The notes: generated by a model not told the origin, from the letters alone. Shown: positions 1 to 9,486, numbered from the stretch's first letter. The stretch: 32,000 bases of DNA from Delftia acidovorans NBRC 14950 (GCF_001598795.1 NZ_BCZP01000006.1:270001-302000); one strand, 5' to 3'. Numbers and translations: made by a program.

Positions 1-1637
1 AGTCGCCCAACGTGCTCAAGCTGCACGCCGGCGACGCGCTCACCGGCACGCTGTACTTCAACCGTGCAGGCGCCGACGGCGAGGCCGATGCCGCCCTCAT
101 GAACACCGTCTGCTTTGACGCCTTCACGCTGGGCAACCACGAGTTCGACAAGGGCGACAGCGGCCTCAAGTCCTTCCTGGACCGCCTGCGCACAGGCAGC
201 TGCAAGACGCCCGTGCTCAGCGCCAACGTGCGCTTTGGCGCCAACTCGGCCCTGAACGCGGCCAAGGCGCCCGGCTATGTGAACCCCTCCACCGTGGTGG
301 AGCGCGGCGGCCAGAAGATCGGCATCGTCGGCCTGACCATTGCGGGCAAGACCAAGGCATCGTCCAGCCCCGATGCCGACACCACCTTCGAGGACGAGGC
401 CACGGCGGCCCAGCGCGAAATCGACGCGCTGCGCGCCAAGGGCATCAACAAGATCATCGTCATGAGCCATGTGGGCTATGAGTACGACCGCCAGATCGTG
501 CCCAAGCTCAGCGGCGTGGACGTGGTCGTGGGCGGCGACTCGCACACCCTGCTCGGCCCCGACGTGCTCAACACCACCGGCGTTGGCACACCGGGCGGCG
601 CCTACCCCACGCGCCTGGCCGACAAGGACGGCAGCCCCGTCTGCGTGGTCCAGGCCTGGGAGTACGCCCAGGTCGTCGGCGACCTCAAGGTCCAGTTCGA
701 CGCCGACGGCCGCGTCACCCAGTGCACGGGCACGCCCCATGTGCTGATCGGCGACAGCTTCACCATCGCCGGCAAGGCCGCAACCGATGCGCAAAAGACC
801 GCCCTCAAGGCCAGCGCCGCCGCCACCGGCGTGCTGCGCGTGACCACGCCCTCGGCCAAGGCCACGGCCGCGCTGCAGCCGTTCAAGGACAAGGTCGCCC
901 AGTTCAACCTCAAGCAGGTCGCCACCGTGCCCCAGGAACTGTGCTCGCGCCGCGTGCCCGGCGGCGTCGGCACCATGAACTACAGCCAGTCCAGCGCAGC
1001 CTGCAATGCCGAAGGCAGCGTGAGCGTGCGCGGCGGCGACATCCAGCAGCTCGTGGCCCAGGCCTACCTGGAAGAAGCCAACCGCCACTACGGCGGCGCC
1101 GACATCACCCTGCAAAGCGGCGGCGGCGTGCGCATCCCGCTGCTGGGCCAGACCACGGCCGCCCAGGTCATCCAGGTCCTGCCCTTCGGCAACAAGCTGT
1201 TCCGCCTGGACATCACCGGCACGGAAGTCAAGGGCATGCTCGAAGACGGCCTGCAGGCCGTGTACGGCCCCAGCGGCACGACCGGCCCCTACCCCTACAC
1301 GGGCGGCCTGCGCTTTGACGTGAATGCGGCAGCGGCGGCCGGCCAGCGTGTGTCGGGCATCGAGGTGTACGACAACGCGAGCAAGACGTGGAAGCCGCTG
1401 GATACGGCGCGCACGTACAAGCTGTTCGTGCTGAGCTTCAATGCCACGGGTGGCGATGGCTACAAGACGCTGGCGGCCGTGCCTGATGCGCGCCGTCTGG
1501 ACATTGGTGTGCTCGATTCCGATGTGTTCTTCAACTACATCGAGAGGCAGCCGGTGGATGCGGTGTCTGGTCTGCCGCTGCTGTCGCGGCTGCCGATGGA
1601 TCTGTACAGCACGCGTAGTTTTCAGGGTGGGCGCTGA
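1..1637 (+). CDS. Bifunctional metallophosphatase/5'-nucleotidase (UshA/NadN-like), 5' end outside the window
   Basis: The frame is open to the window edge; the GTG at 12 is only the tracker's start. It has the metallophosphatase motif GNHEFD, then SHVGYEYD and GGDSHT, and a C-terminal 5'-nucleotidase-type domain. Third codon positions are G/C-rich. Stop codon at 1635-1637. Confidence 0.85.
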   Translation, partial: SPNVLKLHAGDALTGTLYFNRAGADGEADAALMNTVCFDAFTLGNHEFDKGDSGLKSFLDRLRTGSCKTPVLSANVRFGANSALNAAKAPGYVNPSTVVERGGQKIGIVGLTIAGKTKASSSPDADTTFEDEATAAQREIDALRAKGINKIIVMSHVGYEYDRQIVPKLSGVDVVVGGDSHTLLGPDVLNTTGVGTPGGAYPTRLADKDGSPVCVVQAWEYAQVVGDLKVQFDADGRVTQCTGTPHVLIGDSFTIAGKAATDAQKTALKASAAATGVLRVTTPSAKATAALQPFKDKVAQFNLKQVATVPQELCSRRVPGGVGTMNYSQSSAACNAEGSVSVRGGDIQQLVAQAYLEEANRHYGGADITLQSGGGVRIPLLGQTTAAQVIQVLPFGNKLFRLDITGTEVKGMLEDGLQAVYGPSGTTGPYPYTGGLRFDVNAAAAAGQRVSGIEVYDNASKTWKPLDTARTYKLFVLSFNATGGDGYKTLAAVPDARRLDIGVLDSDVFFNYIERQPVDAVSGLPLLSRLPMDLYSTRSFQGGR

Positions 1638-1682
1638 TTAGTTCACGCTCTTTTTTGAGACCCTGCCGGGGGGGTGTTTTTC

Positions 1683-1837
1683 GAGGCCGGGTCTCGGCCC
1701 GGCGGCCCACCTACCTTCTTTTGCTTCGCCACCGGTACGCCGGCCGAAAGAACGTAGGCCAAGAAAAGGCGACCCGGATGTCCGCGACCCCTTCGCTTCG
1801 CTGCGGGGCAACCTGCGTCGTGGCGGTTGCGGGGGAG
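1683..1837 (+). repeat. Copy A of a ~150-nt structured REP/MITE-like repeat element
   Basis: Its termini (gaggccgggtctcggcccggcggccc ... gaccccttcgcttcgctgcggggcaacctgcgtcgtggcggttgcgggg) match the reverse complement of 2713-2850 at roughly 85% by eye. The centre is an imperfect hairpin (cctaccttcttt...aaagaacgtagg). Confidence 0.55.
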
Positions 1838-2216
1838 TTTTTTCGGGCCGTCGCTGTGCTCGGCCTGGGGCTTTGGCCTCGCTTTTCTTTCAAAGCCTCT
1901 ATCATTCCGAGCGGCCCCTTGTACCGGGGCTGGTGCTTCAAAACACCTTTTCTCAAAGCGGTGCGGCCTCCCCGTCAACGAGGCCTTGTCACGTCTGGAT
2001 CACTGGACTGTGGGCGCCTGCCCACGTCCCTACGGTTACGGGCGGGATGGGGCTACCCGTAAGGGCGTCCGCACGTCTTTGAGCGTGTTTTGAACATCCC
2101 GTCCACCTTCTTCGCGCTTCAAAACGTGAACGGGTGGCTTCAAGTCTCTCAAAGGAGCACCGAACCATGCACACAGCGCATTTGACCCTGGCCCCCTGCA
2201 CACGGAAGGCCAGGCC

Positions 2217-2486
2217 ATGAAGCAGGAAGTCCGATCCAACAACGCCAGGACAACGCAGTTGAACATGGCCATCGCAGAGATGAACACCATGGTTCAGTCA
2301 GGCTGCAACGAGGTTTCGGCCCTGTCCCAACTCGCGCAGTCATGGCTGAAAACGCCCGAGGGCCTGCGCGATCCGGATGTGGTGATCAACGCCCTGCGCT
2401 CCATCCAGCACAGCGCCGAGCGGCTGGCCACCTCCATGGACGACGAAATCCACGTCCTGCGCAACACCGCCAGGCCCGAACCCTGA
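2217..2486 (+). CDS. Hypothetical small protein (89 aa, predicted helical), no family recognised
   Basis: About 85% G/C at third codon positions, like the host genes. GGAAGG lies 7 nt upstream of the ATG. A strong intrinsic terminator follows 24 nt after the stop. An alternative in-frame ATG is at 2262. Confidence 0.5.
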   Translation: MKQEVRSNNARTTQLNMAIAEMNTMVQSGCNEVSALSQLAQSWLKTPEGLRDPDVVINALRSIQHSAERLATSMDDEIHVLRNTARPEP

Positions 2487-2509
2487 CGCCGCACCCAACT
2501 CCATGAAAA

Positions 2510-2548
2510 CAGCCGAGCGCACCAATGCGCATCGGCTGTTTGTATTTC
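2510..2548 (+). terminator. Rho-independent terminator (possibly bidirectional)
   Basis: 12-bp stem cagccgagcgca/tgcgc(a)tcggctg with one bulge and a ccaa loop. An AAAA tract precedes it and tttgtattt follows it. The 3' arm and T-tract are partly duplicated as a 16-nt tandem unit (ggctgtttgtatttNt, about 2.4 copies, 2534-2572). Confidence 0.7.
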
Positions 2549-2598
2549 TGGCTGTTTGTATTTTTGGCTGTTCCCCAGCCTCCCCCCTTCTGCCCACG

Positions 2599-2739
2599 CC
2601 TGCGTTGGGCGGGATGCGGGGTGGCAAGCCTGCCGAAGGACAGGCTTGCTTCGTCATCTGACTTGCCGCAGTTGTTTGAGCGAAGCGCGCCAGCGCGCAG
2701 CGAGTTCTGCGGCACACCCCGCATCCCGCCCAACGCAGG
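2599..2739. repeat. Perfect 25-bp inverted repeat with a 91-nt structured spacer
   Basis: cctgcgttgggcgggatgcggggtg (2599-2623) is the exact reverse complement of 2715-2739. Nested hairpins inside the spacer: gcaagcctg/caggcttgc (2624-2649) and tgccgcag/ctgcggca (2664-2714). Confidence 0.8.
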
Positions 2740-2850
2740 TCGCCCGCAGCGAAGCGAAGGGTCGTGGGCAGTTCGGGGCGCGCTTCTTTGCCCCGCTTTC
2801 TTGTCGCGCGACAAGAAAGCGGGTCGGCCGCCGGGCCGAAACCCGGCTCC
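2713..2850 (-). repeat. Copy B of the same ~150-nt repeat element, inverted relative to copy A
   Basis: Its reverse complement aligns to copy A at both termini. The centre carries a perfect 30-nt palindrome, ccgctttcttgtcgcgcgacaagaaagcgg (2793-2822). Confidence 0.55.
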
Positions 2851-2894
2851 TGCCACCAGAGGCACAACAGAATCAAAAACAGGTCAACCAGAAA

Positions 2895-4622
2895 TCAGCC
2901 AATCCGAGCAATCACAGCCCCCAACACCTGCGCCTTCCCCGCCTCAGCCACCAAAGCCACCACCCCACTGCGATGCGCAGTCACCTGCATCTCCATCTTC
3001 ATGGCCTCCATGACGGCAATCACATCGCCCTCCTGAACGGTGTCGCCATCGGCCACCTTCCACGCATGCAGATTCCCTGCAATGGGTGAGGTGACGGCAG
3101 CGGGGTCCACTGCAGATTCGGCAGCCGGCGCGGCAGCCACACCCCCGCCAGCCGATGCCAGCCCCTGCAGCAGCACCGCAGGCAGGCCCAGCGACACCCG
3201 TCGCCCGTCGATCTCGACCGCGCAGCGCACCAGGCTGGCGTCGGGCAGCGGCTCGGCGCGCACGGCGGCGGCCAGGGGTTCGGCGAAGTCGGATTCGATC
3301 CAGCGCGTGTGGACCTTGAAGCCGTCGTTGCCCACGAAGTCGGCATGGCCGATGACGGCGCGGTGGAAGGGCAGGACGGAGGACAGGCCTTCGATGCGGA
3401 ACTCGGCCAGCGCGCGGCGGGCGCGGGCCAGGGCCTGTTCACGCGTGGCGCCGCTGACGATGAGCTTGGCCATCAGCGAGTCGAAGCTGCCGGGCACGAC
3501 CGAGCCGGTCTGCACGCCCGTGTCCAGGCGCACGCCGGGGCCCGAGGGCGGATCGAACCGCACCACGGGGCCGGGCGTGGGCAGGAAGCCCCGGCCCACG
3601 TCTTCGGCGTTGATGCGGAATTCGATGGAGTGGCCCAGCGGCGCCGGGGTTTCGGTGATGGACAGGGGCAGGCCATCGGCCACGCACAGTTGCTCGATCA
3701 CCAGGTCCACGCCCGTGGTCTGCTCGGTCACGGGGTGCTCGACCTGCAGGCGCGTGTTGACTTCGAGGAAGGAGATGGCGCCCGTCTGGCTCAACAGGAA
3801 TTCCACCGTGCCCGCGCTGACGTAGCCGGCCGCCGCGCAGATGTCGCGTGCGGAGCTGTGGATGCGGGCGCGCTGCTCGTCGCTGAGGAAGGGCGCCGGG
3901 GCCTCTTCCACCAGCTTCTGGTTGCGCCGCTGCAGCGAGCAGTCGCGCGTGCCCAGCACGACCACGTTGCCGTGGGTGTCGGCCAGCACCTGGGCCTCGA
4001 TGTGGCGGGGGCGGTCCAGGAATTGCTCGACAAAGCATTCGCCGCGGCCGAAGGCGGTGACGGCCTCGCGCACGGCCGAGTGAAAGAGTTCCTCCACCTC
4101 GTCCATGCGCCACGCGATCTTCATGCCGCGCCCGCCGCCGCCGAAGGCGGCCTTGATGATGATGGGCAGCCCGTGCTGCTGGGCAAAGGCCAGCACTTCG
4201 CCGGCATCCTTGACGGGGTCGGGCGTGCCGGCCACCAGGGGAGCGCCGACCTGCAGGGCGATCTTGCGCGCCTCGACCTTGTCGCCCAGCTTGGCGATGG
4301 TCTCGGGCGTGGGGCCGATCCAGCGCAGGCCCGCATCCAGCACGGCGCGCGCAAAGGCTTCGCTTTCGGACAGGAAGCCGTAGCCGGGGTGCACGGCGTC
4401 GGCGCCGCTCTTGTGCGCGATGGCGATGAGCTTGGCGATGTTCAGGTAGGTGTCGGCCGGGCGCTCGCCGTCCAGGCCATAGGCCTCGTCGGCCATGCGC
4501 ACGTGCAGGGCGTCGATATCGGCATCGGCGTAGACGGCCACGGATTTCACGCCGTAGTCGGCGCAGGCGCGGGCGATGCGGACGGCGATCTCGCCACGGT
4601 TGGCAATCAGGACTTTTTTCAT
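2895..4622 (-). CDS. Biotin carboxylase fused to a biotin carboxyl carrier domain (acyl-CoA/urea-carboxylase alpha-type); no carboxyltransferase domain
   Basis: N-terminus [19 protein letters not shown], an ATP-grasp region, and a C-terminal biotinyl motif EAMKMEMQV. Length 575 aa. Confidence 0.9.
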   Translation of the reverse strand: MKKVLIANRGEIAVRIARACADYGVKSVAVYADADIDALHVRMADEAYGLDGERPADTYLNIAKLIAIAHKSGADAVHPGYGFLSESEAFARAVLDAGLRWIGPTPETIAKLGDKVEARKIALQVGAPLVAGTPDPVKDAGEVLAFAQQHGLPIIIKAAFGGGGRGMKIAWRMDEVEELFHSAVREAVTAFGRGECFVEQFLDRPRHIEAQVLADTHGNVVVLGTRDCSLQRRNQKLVEEAPAPFLSDEQRARIHSSARDICAAAGYVSAGTVEFLLSQTGAISFLEVNTRLQVEHPVTEQTTGVDLVIEQLCVADGLPLSITETPAPLGHSIEFRINAEDVGRGFLPTPGPVVRFDPPSGPGVRLDTGVQTGSVVPGSFDSLMAKLIVSGATREQALARARRALAEFRIEGLSSVLPFHRAVIGHADFVGNDGFKVHTRWIESDFAEPLAAAVRAEPLPDASLVRCAVEIDGRRVSLGLPAVLLQGLASAGGGVAAAPAAESAVDPAAVTSPIAGNLHAWKVADGDTVQEGDVIAVMEAMKMEMQVTAHRSGVVALVAEAGKAQVLGAVIARIG

Positions 4623-4671
4623 GATCAGCTTCTTTCAGTTGCGGGCAGGCGCCACCGGGCGCTCCCCGCGT

Positions 4672-6267
4672 TCAGTTCTTGGAGCCTTGCGCGCCGGGGG
4701 TGTATTCCTCGAAAGCGCGGATGGGGTTGAAGCGGATCCAGGCGCCCACGGGAATCTGGCCGGCCAGATCCAGGTGGTGCGGCGCCACGCAGCCGATGAC
4801 GGGATAGCCGCCCGTCAGCGGATGGTCGGCCAGGAACAGCACGGGCTGGCCGCTGGGGGGCACCTGGATGGCGCCCAGCGGCGTGCCTTCGCTGGGCAGT
4901 TCGCCGGCCACGGCGCGCGCCAGGGGCTGCTCGCCCGCCACGCGCAGGCCCACGCGGTTCGATTGCGGCGTGACCTGCCAGCGCTGCGCTGCCAGCAGGG
5001 CCACGGCCTCGGGCATGAACCAGTCGGTACGCGGGCCCAGCTCCACGTCCAGCACCACGTCCTGCCCGGTGGTGGGCAGGGACTCGGGCGGCAGCTCGGG
5101 TGCGGCCACGGCCTTGCGGTCCGCAGGCCGAACGGGCAGGACCTGGCCCACGGCCAGGGCGGCTGGGCCGACATTCGCCAGGGTGTCGGTGCAGGCGCTG
5201 CCCAGCACGGGCGTGACGGCAAAGCCGCCGCGCACGGCCACATAGCAGCGCGCACCGGCCACGGGCTGGCCCACGGTCAACTGGTCGCCATCGGCCAGGG
5301 CCACGGCCTGGTAGCGCGGCACGCTCCAACGCTGGCCGGACCCGGTGGTCACGGTCAGGGGCGCATCGGCACCCGTGATGGCGACCACCGTCTCGCCCTG
5401 GCTTTGCAGCGACAGGCCACCGCCCACGGTCTCCAGCACGGCCAGGTCGCTGGCATTGCCGACCAGGCGGTTGGCAGCCTTGAAGGCTGCCTGGTCCATG
5501 GCGCCCGAGGCCGAGACGCCCTGCCCGGCCTGGCCCAGGCGGCCCCGGTCCTGGAACAGCGTCATCAGGCCCGTGGCCTTGACGCGCAGCGCGTTGCCTT
5601 CATGCGGCGCGGCCTGCGCCACGGCGGGCGCGGGCGCCTCATCCACCTGGGCCATGCCGGCCGCATCGACAAAGCGCACGCGGTAGCCGGGCTGCAGCAG
5701 CGCGGGCAGCTCGCGCGCCAGGTCCCACATGCGGGCCGAGGTGCGGCCTATCAGTTGCCAGCCGCCCGGGCTGGCCTGGGGATAGACGGCGCTGAACGTG
5801 CCGCCCAGCGCCACCGAGCCGGCCGGCACGCGCGTGCGCGGCGTGGTGCGGCGCGGCACGTTGAAGATCGGATCGCCCCCGCTGAGGTAGGCAAAGCCGG
5901 GCGCGAAGCCCGTGAAGGCCACGGCGTACTCGCTGCCCGTGTGGCGGCGCACGACTTCCTCGGGCGTGATGCCCAGCAGCTGCGCCACGTCGGCCAGGTC
6001 CTCGCCGTCGTAGTGCACGGGAATCTCGACCAGCACATTGCTGCGCTCCGCACGCTGGCCCAGGTCGCGCGCGGCAATGCGGCGCACCAGCTCGGCCACG
6101 CCCAGCCTGGCGGGAGCGAACTGCACGAGCACGGTGCGCGCGGCCGGCACCAGCTCCTGCACGCCATCGATGGGCTCGCGCTGCAGCGAGCCCAGCAGGG
6201 CCAGGGTTTCATCGAGATCGGCCAGCTCCACCATCAGGGCCTGCCGGTTGACGGGTAGAAAACGCAT
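4672..6267 (-). CDS. Fused PxpB-PxpC (KipI-KipA / allophanate hydrolase subunit 1+2 family; 5-oxoprolinase/urea-amidolyase family)
   Basis: The N-terminal ~205 aa is KipI-like (FAPGFAYL, GGWQLIGRT). A short Ala/Pro linker follows. The C-terminal ~300 aa is KipA-like (FQDRGR..GQ..GVSASGAMD, PLTGGYPVIG). Confidence 0.85.
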   Translation of the reverse strand: MRFLPVNRQALMVELADLDETLALLGSLQREPIDGVQELVPAARTVLVQFAPARLGVAELVRRIAARDLGQRAERSNVLVEIPVHYDGEDLADVAQLLGITPEEVVRRHTGSEYAVAFTGFAPGFAYLSGGDPIFNVPRRTTPRTRVPAGSVALGGTFSAVYPQASPGGWQLIGRTSARMWDLARELPALLQPGYRVRFVDAAGMAQVDEAPAPAVAQAAPHEGNALRVKATGLMTLFQDRGRLGQAGQGVSASGAMDQAAFKAANRLVGNASDLAVLETVGGGLSLQSQGETVVAITGADAPLTVTTGSGQRWSVPRYQAVALADGDQLTVGQPVAGARCYVAVRGGFAVTPVLGSACTDTLANVGPAALAVGQVLPVRPADRKAVAAPELPPESLPTTGQDVVLDVELGPRTDWFMPEAVALLAAQRWQVTPQSNRVGLRVAGEQPLARAVAGELPSEGTPLGAIQVPPSGQPVLFLADHPLTGGYPVIGCVAPHHLDLAGQIPVGAWIRFNPIRAFEEYTPGAQGSKN

Positions 6268-6276
6268 GGTGTGCCC

Positions 6277-7035
6277 TCAGCCCACGAAGGAGGAAATGCG
6301 CACGCCCTCCTGCTCGAAACGTTCGCGCAGGTGGCGTGCAATGGCCACGGCACCGGGGCTGTCGCCGTGCACGCAGATGGAGTCGGCGGCAATGCGCACC
6401 AGGCTGCCATCGACGGCCTCGACCACGCCGTCGCGCACCAGGGACAGCATGCGCGCGGCGATCTGGTCCACATCGTGCAGCACGGCGCCCGGATCGCGGC
6501 GCGAGACCAGGGTGCCCTCGGGCGTGTAGCCGCGGTCGGCAAAGGCCTCGGCCACCACGGTCAGGCCCGCATCGCGCGCCCAGTCGATCAGCGGCGAGCC
6601 GGCCAGCGCCACCAGCACCAGGCTGGGGTCGATGGCGCGCATGGCGGTGATCACATCGGTGGCCTGGCGCCTGTCGTGGGCGATGGTGTTGTAGAGCGCG
6701 CCGTGCGGCTTGACGTAGCGCACCTCGGTGCCGGCCACGCGGGCCAGGCCCTGCAGCGCACCGATCTGGTAGATGACGCCGGCCACCAGGTCGGCGCTGG
6801 CCACATCCATGTTGCGCCGGCCGAAGCCGACGAGGTCGGGATAGGACACATGGGCGCCGACGATGGCGCCGCGCGCGCGGGCGGCCTTGAGCGTCTCCAG
6901 GATGCCTGCCGGATCGCCGGCATGGAATCCGCAGGCCACGTTGGCGCTGCTGACGATATCGAGCATGGCGGCATCGTCGCCCATGCGCCATCCACCCAGG
7001 CTCTCGCCAAGATCACTGTTCAGGTCAATTTTCAT
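6277..7035 (-). CDS. pxpA: 5-oxoprolinase subunit A (LamB/YcsF family)
   Basis: [14 protein letters not shown]...[14 protein letters not shown] is the hallmark LamB/YcsF N-terminus. Length 252 aa. The stop lies 9 nt before the pxpBC start. Confidence 0.9.
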   Translation of the reverse strand: MKIDLNSDLGESLGGWRMGDDAAMLDIVSSANVACGFHAGDPAGILETLKAARARGAIVGAHVSYPDLVGFGRRNMDVASADLVAGVIYQIGALQGLARVAGTEVRYVKPHGALYNTIAHDRRQATDVITAMRAIDPSLVLVALAGSPLIDWARDAGLTVVAEAFADRGYTPEGTLVSRRDPGAVLHDVDQIAARMLSLVRDGVVEAVDGSLVRIAADSICVHGDSPGAVAIARHLRERFEQEGVRISSFVG

Positions 7036-7069
7036 CGTTCTCTCCTCGCCGGACTCGGTGCACAGGCTC

Positions 7070-7738
7070 TCAGTGCAGCTGGCCGGCGTTTTCCTTCAGA
7101 TCCTGGGTCACGGTCAGGGCCGTGCGAATGGTCTCGCGCACGGCAGCCACCTGGTCGGCCAGGCACATGCTGGGCATGCCCGGCTTGCGCGCTGCCTGCT
7201 CGGGCAGGGCCGGCACGTGGATGAAGCCGCCACGCGCGCCCGGCGCCGCCTTGCCCTGGGCCAGCCAGTGCATGAGCGCGAAAAACACGTGGTTGCAGAC
7301 AAAGGTGCCCGCCGTGTTGGACACGGAAGACGGAATGCCGCGCGCACGCAGGTTGTGCACCACGGCCTTGATGGGCAGCGTGGAAAAGTACGCGGCGGGC
7401 GCGCCCGGGATCACCACCTGGTCCACGGGCTGGCGCGCCGCATGGTCGGGAATGCGGGCGTCGTCGATATTGATGGCCACGCGCTCGGGCGTGAACTCGC
7501 TGCGGCCGCCGGCCAGGCCCAGGCTGATGACCAGCACCGGCTGCAGTTGCGCCAGCGCCTCCTGCAGCTGGCGCAGCGATTCGCCGAACACGCAGCGCAG
7601 CTGCAGGCCGTGGACGGTGGCGCCCTCCACGATCTCGCCATGCAGGGCACGCGCCACTTCCCACGAGGGATTGACAGGGTCCTGCTCGAACGGCTCGAAG
7701 CCGGTCACCAGGATGCGCGGGGAAGTGGAATCGGTCAT
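7070..7738 (-). CDS. pcp: Pyroglutamyl-peptidase I
   Basis: ILVTGFEPF, the catalytic Glu context ERVAIN, the Cys context AGTFVCNH and the His context GFIHVP are all present. Length 222 aa. Confidence 0.9.
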   Translation of the reverse strand: MTDSTSPRILVTGFEPFEQDPVNPSWEVARALHGEIVEGATVHGLQLRCVFGESLRQLQEALAQLQPVLVISLGLAGGRSEFTPERVAINIDDARIPDHAARQPVDQVVIPGAPAAYFSTLPIKAVVHNLRARGIPSSVSNTAGTFVCNHVFFALMHWLAQGKAAPGARGGFIHVPALPEQAARKPGMPSMCLADQVAAVRETIRTALTVTQDLKENAGQLH

Positions 7739-7754
7739 GGCAACAGTCCGTCCT

Positions 7755-8708
7755 TTAACGGAACATCAGGAAATACATGAGGAAGACGTTGGCCGTCAAC
7801 AGGGCCAGGGCCGTGGGCACCTGGGCGCGGATCACGGCATTCTTGTCGATCTCCAGCAGCGCGGCGGGCACCAGGTTGAAGTTGGCCGCCATGGGCGTCA
7901 GCAGGGTGCCGCAGTAGCCCGAGAGCATGCCGATGGCCGCCATCACGGCCGGGTCGCCATGGTAGACGCCCACCAGGATGGGCACGCCCACGCCGCCCGT
8001 CATCACGGGGAAGGCGGCAAAGCCGTTGCCCATGACCACGGTGAACAGCGCCATGCCCAGCACGTAGACGGCCACGGCCACGAAGCGGATGTCCATGTTG
8101 ATATAGGTGGTGGTCACATAGGCCACGGCCTTGCCCACGCCGGCGTCCGAGAACACCAGGCCCAGCATGCCCAGCATCTGGGGCAGCACCAGGGCCCAGC
8201 CCAGCGCATCGGTCAGGCGGCGCGATTCGCGCATGCCCTGGGCCGGCGTCTCGCGGGTCAGCCAGCAGGCCAGGCCCAGCGCCAGCACGCAGCCCACGCC
8301 CAGGCTCACCAGCGTGGTGGCCTTGGGGTCCAGCAGGGGCGTGCCGCCGAAGACCAGGTGCGAGGCGCTGAGCGTGCCCACCATGGTGATCAGCGGAATC
8401 GCCAGGGCCGGCACGAACAGCTTGTTGCCCAGGCGCTTGGCGCTGGCCAGGTACTCGGCATCGCTGCGCGGCGCATGGCGGCCACTGCCCACGCCGCCGA
8501 AGCCGGCGATCAGGGCCATGGCCACGGCAATCACGCCCACCACCATGGGGGGCAGCTCATGGCCCACCAGGAAGACGGCCGCATACAGCGCCCAGAACAG
8601 GCCGCTGGACCAGCGCTTGGGATTGCTGGCATCGCGCAGCGTCATCACGGCCGTGACGGCCAGGACGAAGCCGACCAGGTAGTACAGGTGTTGGATGGTC
8701 AGCGTCAT
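7755..8708 (-). CDS. Polytopic membrane protein, DUF979-like (putative 5-oxoproline/pyroglutamate uptake subunit)
   Basis: Highly hydrophobic multi-TM protein. I prefer the ATG at 8708, which gives TGAAATG with the upstream stop, over the ATG at 8762, which would overlap the upstream gene by 53 nt. The family name comes from recollection of the DUF969-DUF979-pcp gene neighbourhood. Confidence 0.65.
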   Translation of the reverse strand: MTLTIQHLYYLVGFVLAVTAVMTLRDASNPKRWSSGLFWALYAAVFLVGHELPPMVVGVIAVAMALIAGFGGVGSGRHAPRSDAEYLASAKRLGNKLFVPALAIPLITMVGTLSASHLVFGGTPLLDPKATTLVSLGVGCVLALGLACWLTRETPAQGMRESRRLTDALGWALVLPQMLGMLGLVFSDAGVGKAVAYVTTTYINMDIRFVAVAVYVLGMALFTVVMGNGFAAFPVMTGGVGVPILVGVYHGDPAVMAAIGMLSGYCGTLLTPMAANFNLVPAALLEIDKNAVIRAQVPTALALLTANVFLMYFLMFR

Positions 8709-8709
8709 T

Positions 8710-9459
8710 TCAGGCTCCCTTGGCTTGGGTGGCGTTGGCGTTGGCTGCGTCAGCTTCGACACCGGCCTTGTACTGGGCCAGCTCGCGCTCGAGCATGCGG
8801 TCCAGGCGGCCCAGGCGCCAAGCGTGGATCACGAAGGCGCAGATGGCCGTGGGAATGCCCCACAGCGCCACGTGGATGGGCTCGACCTCGATGCCGGCTT
8901 CCTTCAGGAAGGTGGTCATCAGCACGATGGCGCCGAAGGCCACGAAGATGTCCTCGCCGAAGAACAGGCCCACGTTGTCCGTGGCGGCCGAGTAGGCGCG
9001 CAGCTTGTCACGCACCTTGGCGGGCAGGATGCCGAAGCGCGACTGGGTCGCACCTTCGGCCATGGGCGCCAGCAGCGGGCGCACCATCTGCGGATGCCCG
9101 CCCAGGCTGGTCAGGCCCACGGCGGCCGTCAGCTGGCGTGCGGCCAGGTAGACGATGAGCAGGCGGCCTGCGGTGGCCGACTTGATGGAGCTGATCCAGT
9201 TCTGCGCGTGCTGGCGCAGGCCATGGCGCTCCAGCAGGCCGATCACGGCCAGCGGCAGCAGGATGATCAGCGGCAGGTTGCGCGTCTTGATGAAGCCCGT
9301 GCCAATGGTGGCCAGCACCTTGTCGACGGGGAAGCCCGCCGCCAGTGCCGTGCCGATGGCCGTGACGATCACGACCAGCATGGGATTGAAGCGCAGCACG
9401 AAGCCCGCAACGATGATGGCCACTCCGATAAGCGGCCAGAGATTGACGTCAGTCAGCAT
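8710..9459 (-). CDS. Polytopic membrane protein, DUF969-like (putative partner of the DUF979 protein)
   Basis: Hydrophobic 249-aa protein and first gene of the operon. AAGGGGGA lies upstream of the ATG at 9459. Confidence 0.65.
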   Translation of the reverse strand: MLTDVNLWPLIGVAIIVAGFVLRFNPMLVVIVTAIGTALAAGFPVDKVLATIGTGFIKTRNLPLIILLPLAVIGLLERHGLRQHAQNWISSIKSATAGRLLIVYLAARQLTAAVGLTSLGGHPQMVRPLLAPMAEGATQSRFGILPAKVRDKLRAYSAATDNVGLFFGEDIFVAFGAIVLMTTFLKEAGIEVEPIHVALWGIPTAICAFVIHAWRLGRLDRMLERELAQYKAGVEADAANANATQAKGA

Positions 9460-9486
9460 GTTGATTCCCCCTTCACACCCCGCGGT

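Noticed and set aside
1640-2216. Possible small RNA in the gap, including hairpins gtgggc-gcct-gcccac and ttacggg..cccgtaa around 2010-2075.
   Set aside because: The hairpins are short and I could recognise no convincing promoter, terminator or known RNA family. I cannot separate this from background structure in GC-rich intergenic DNA without expression or covariation data.
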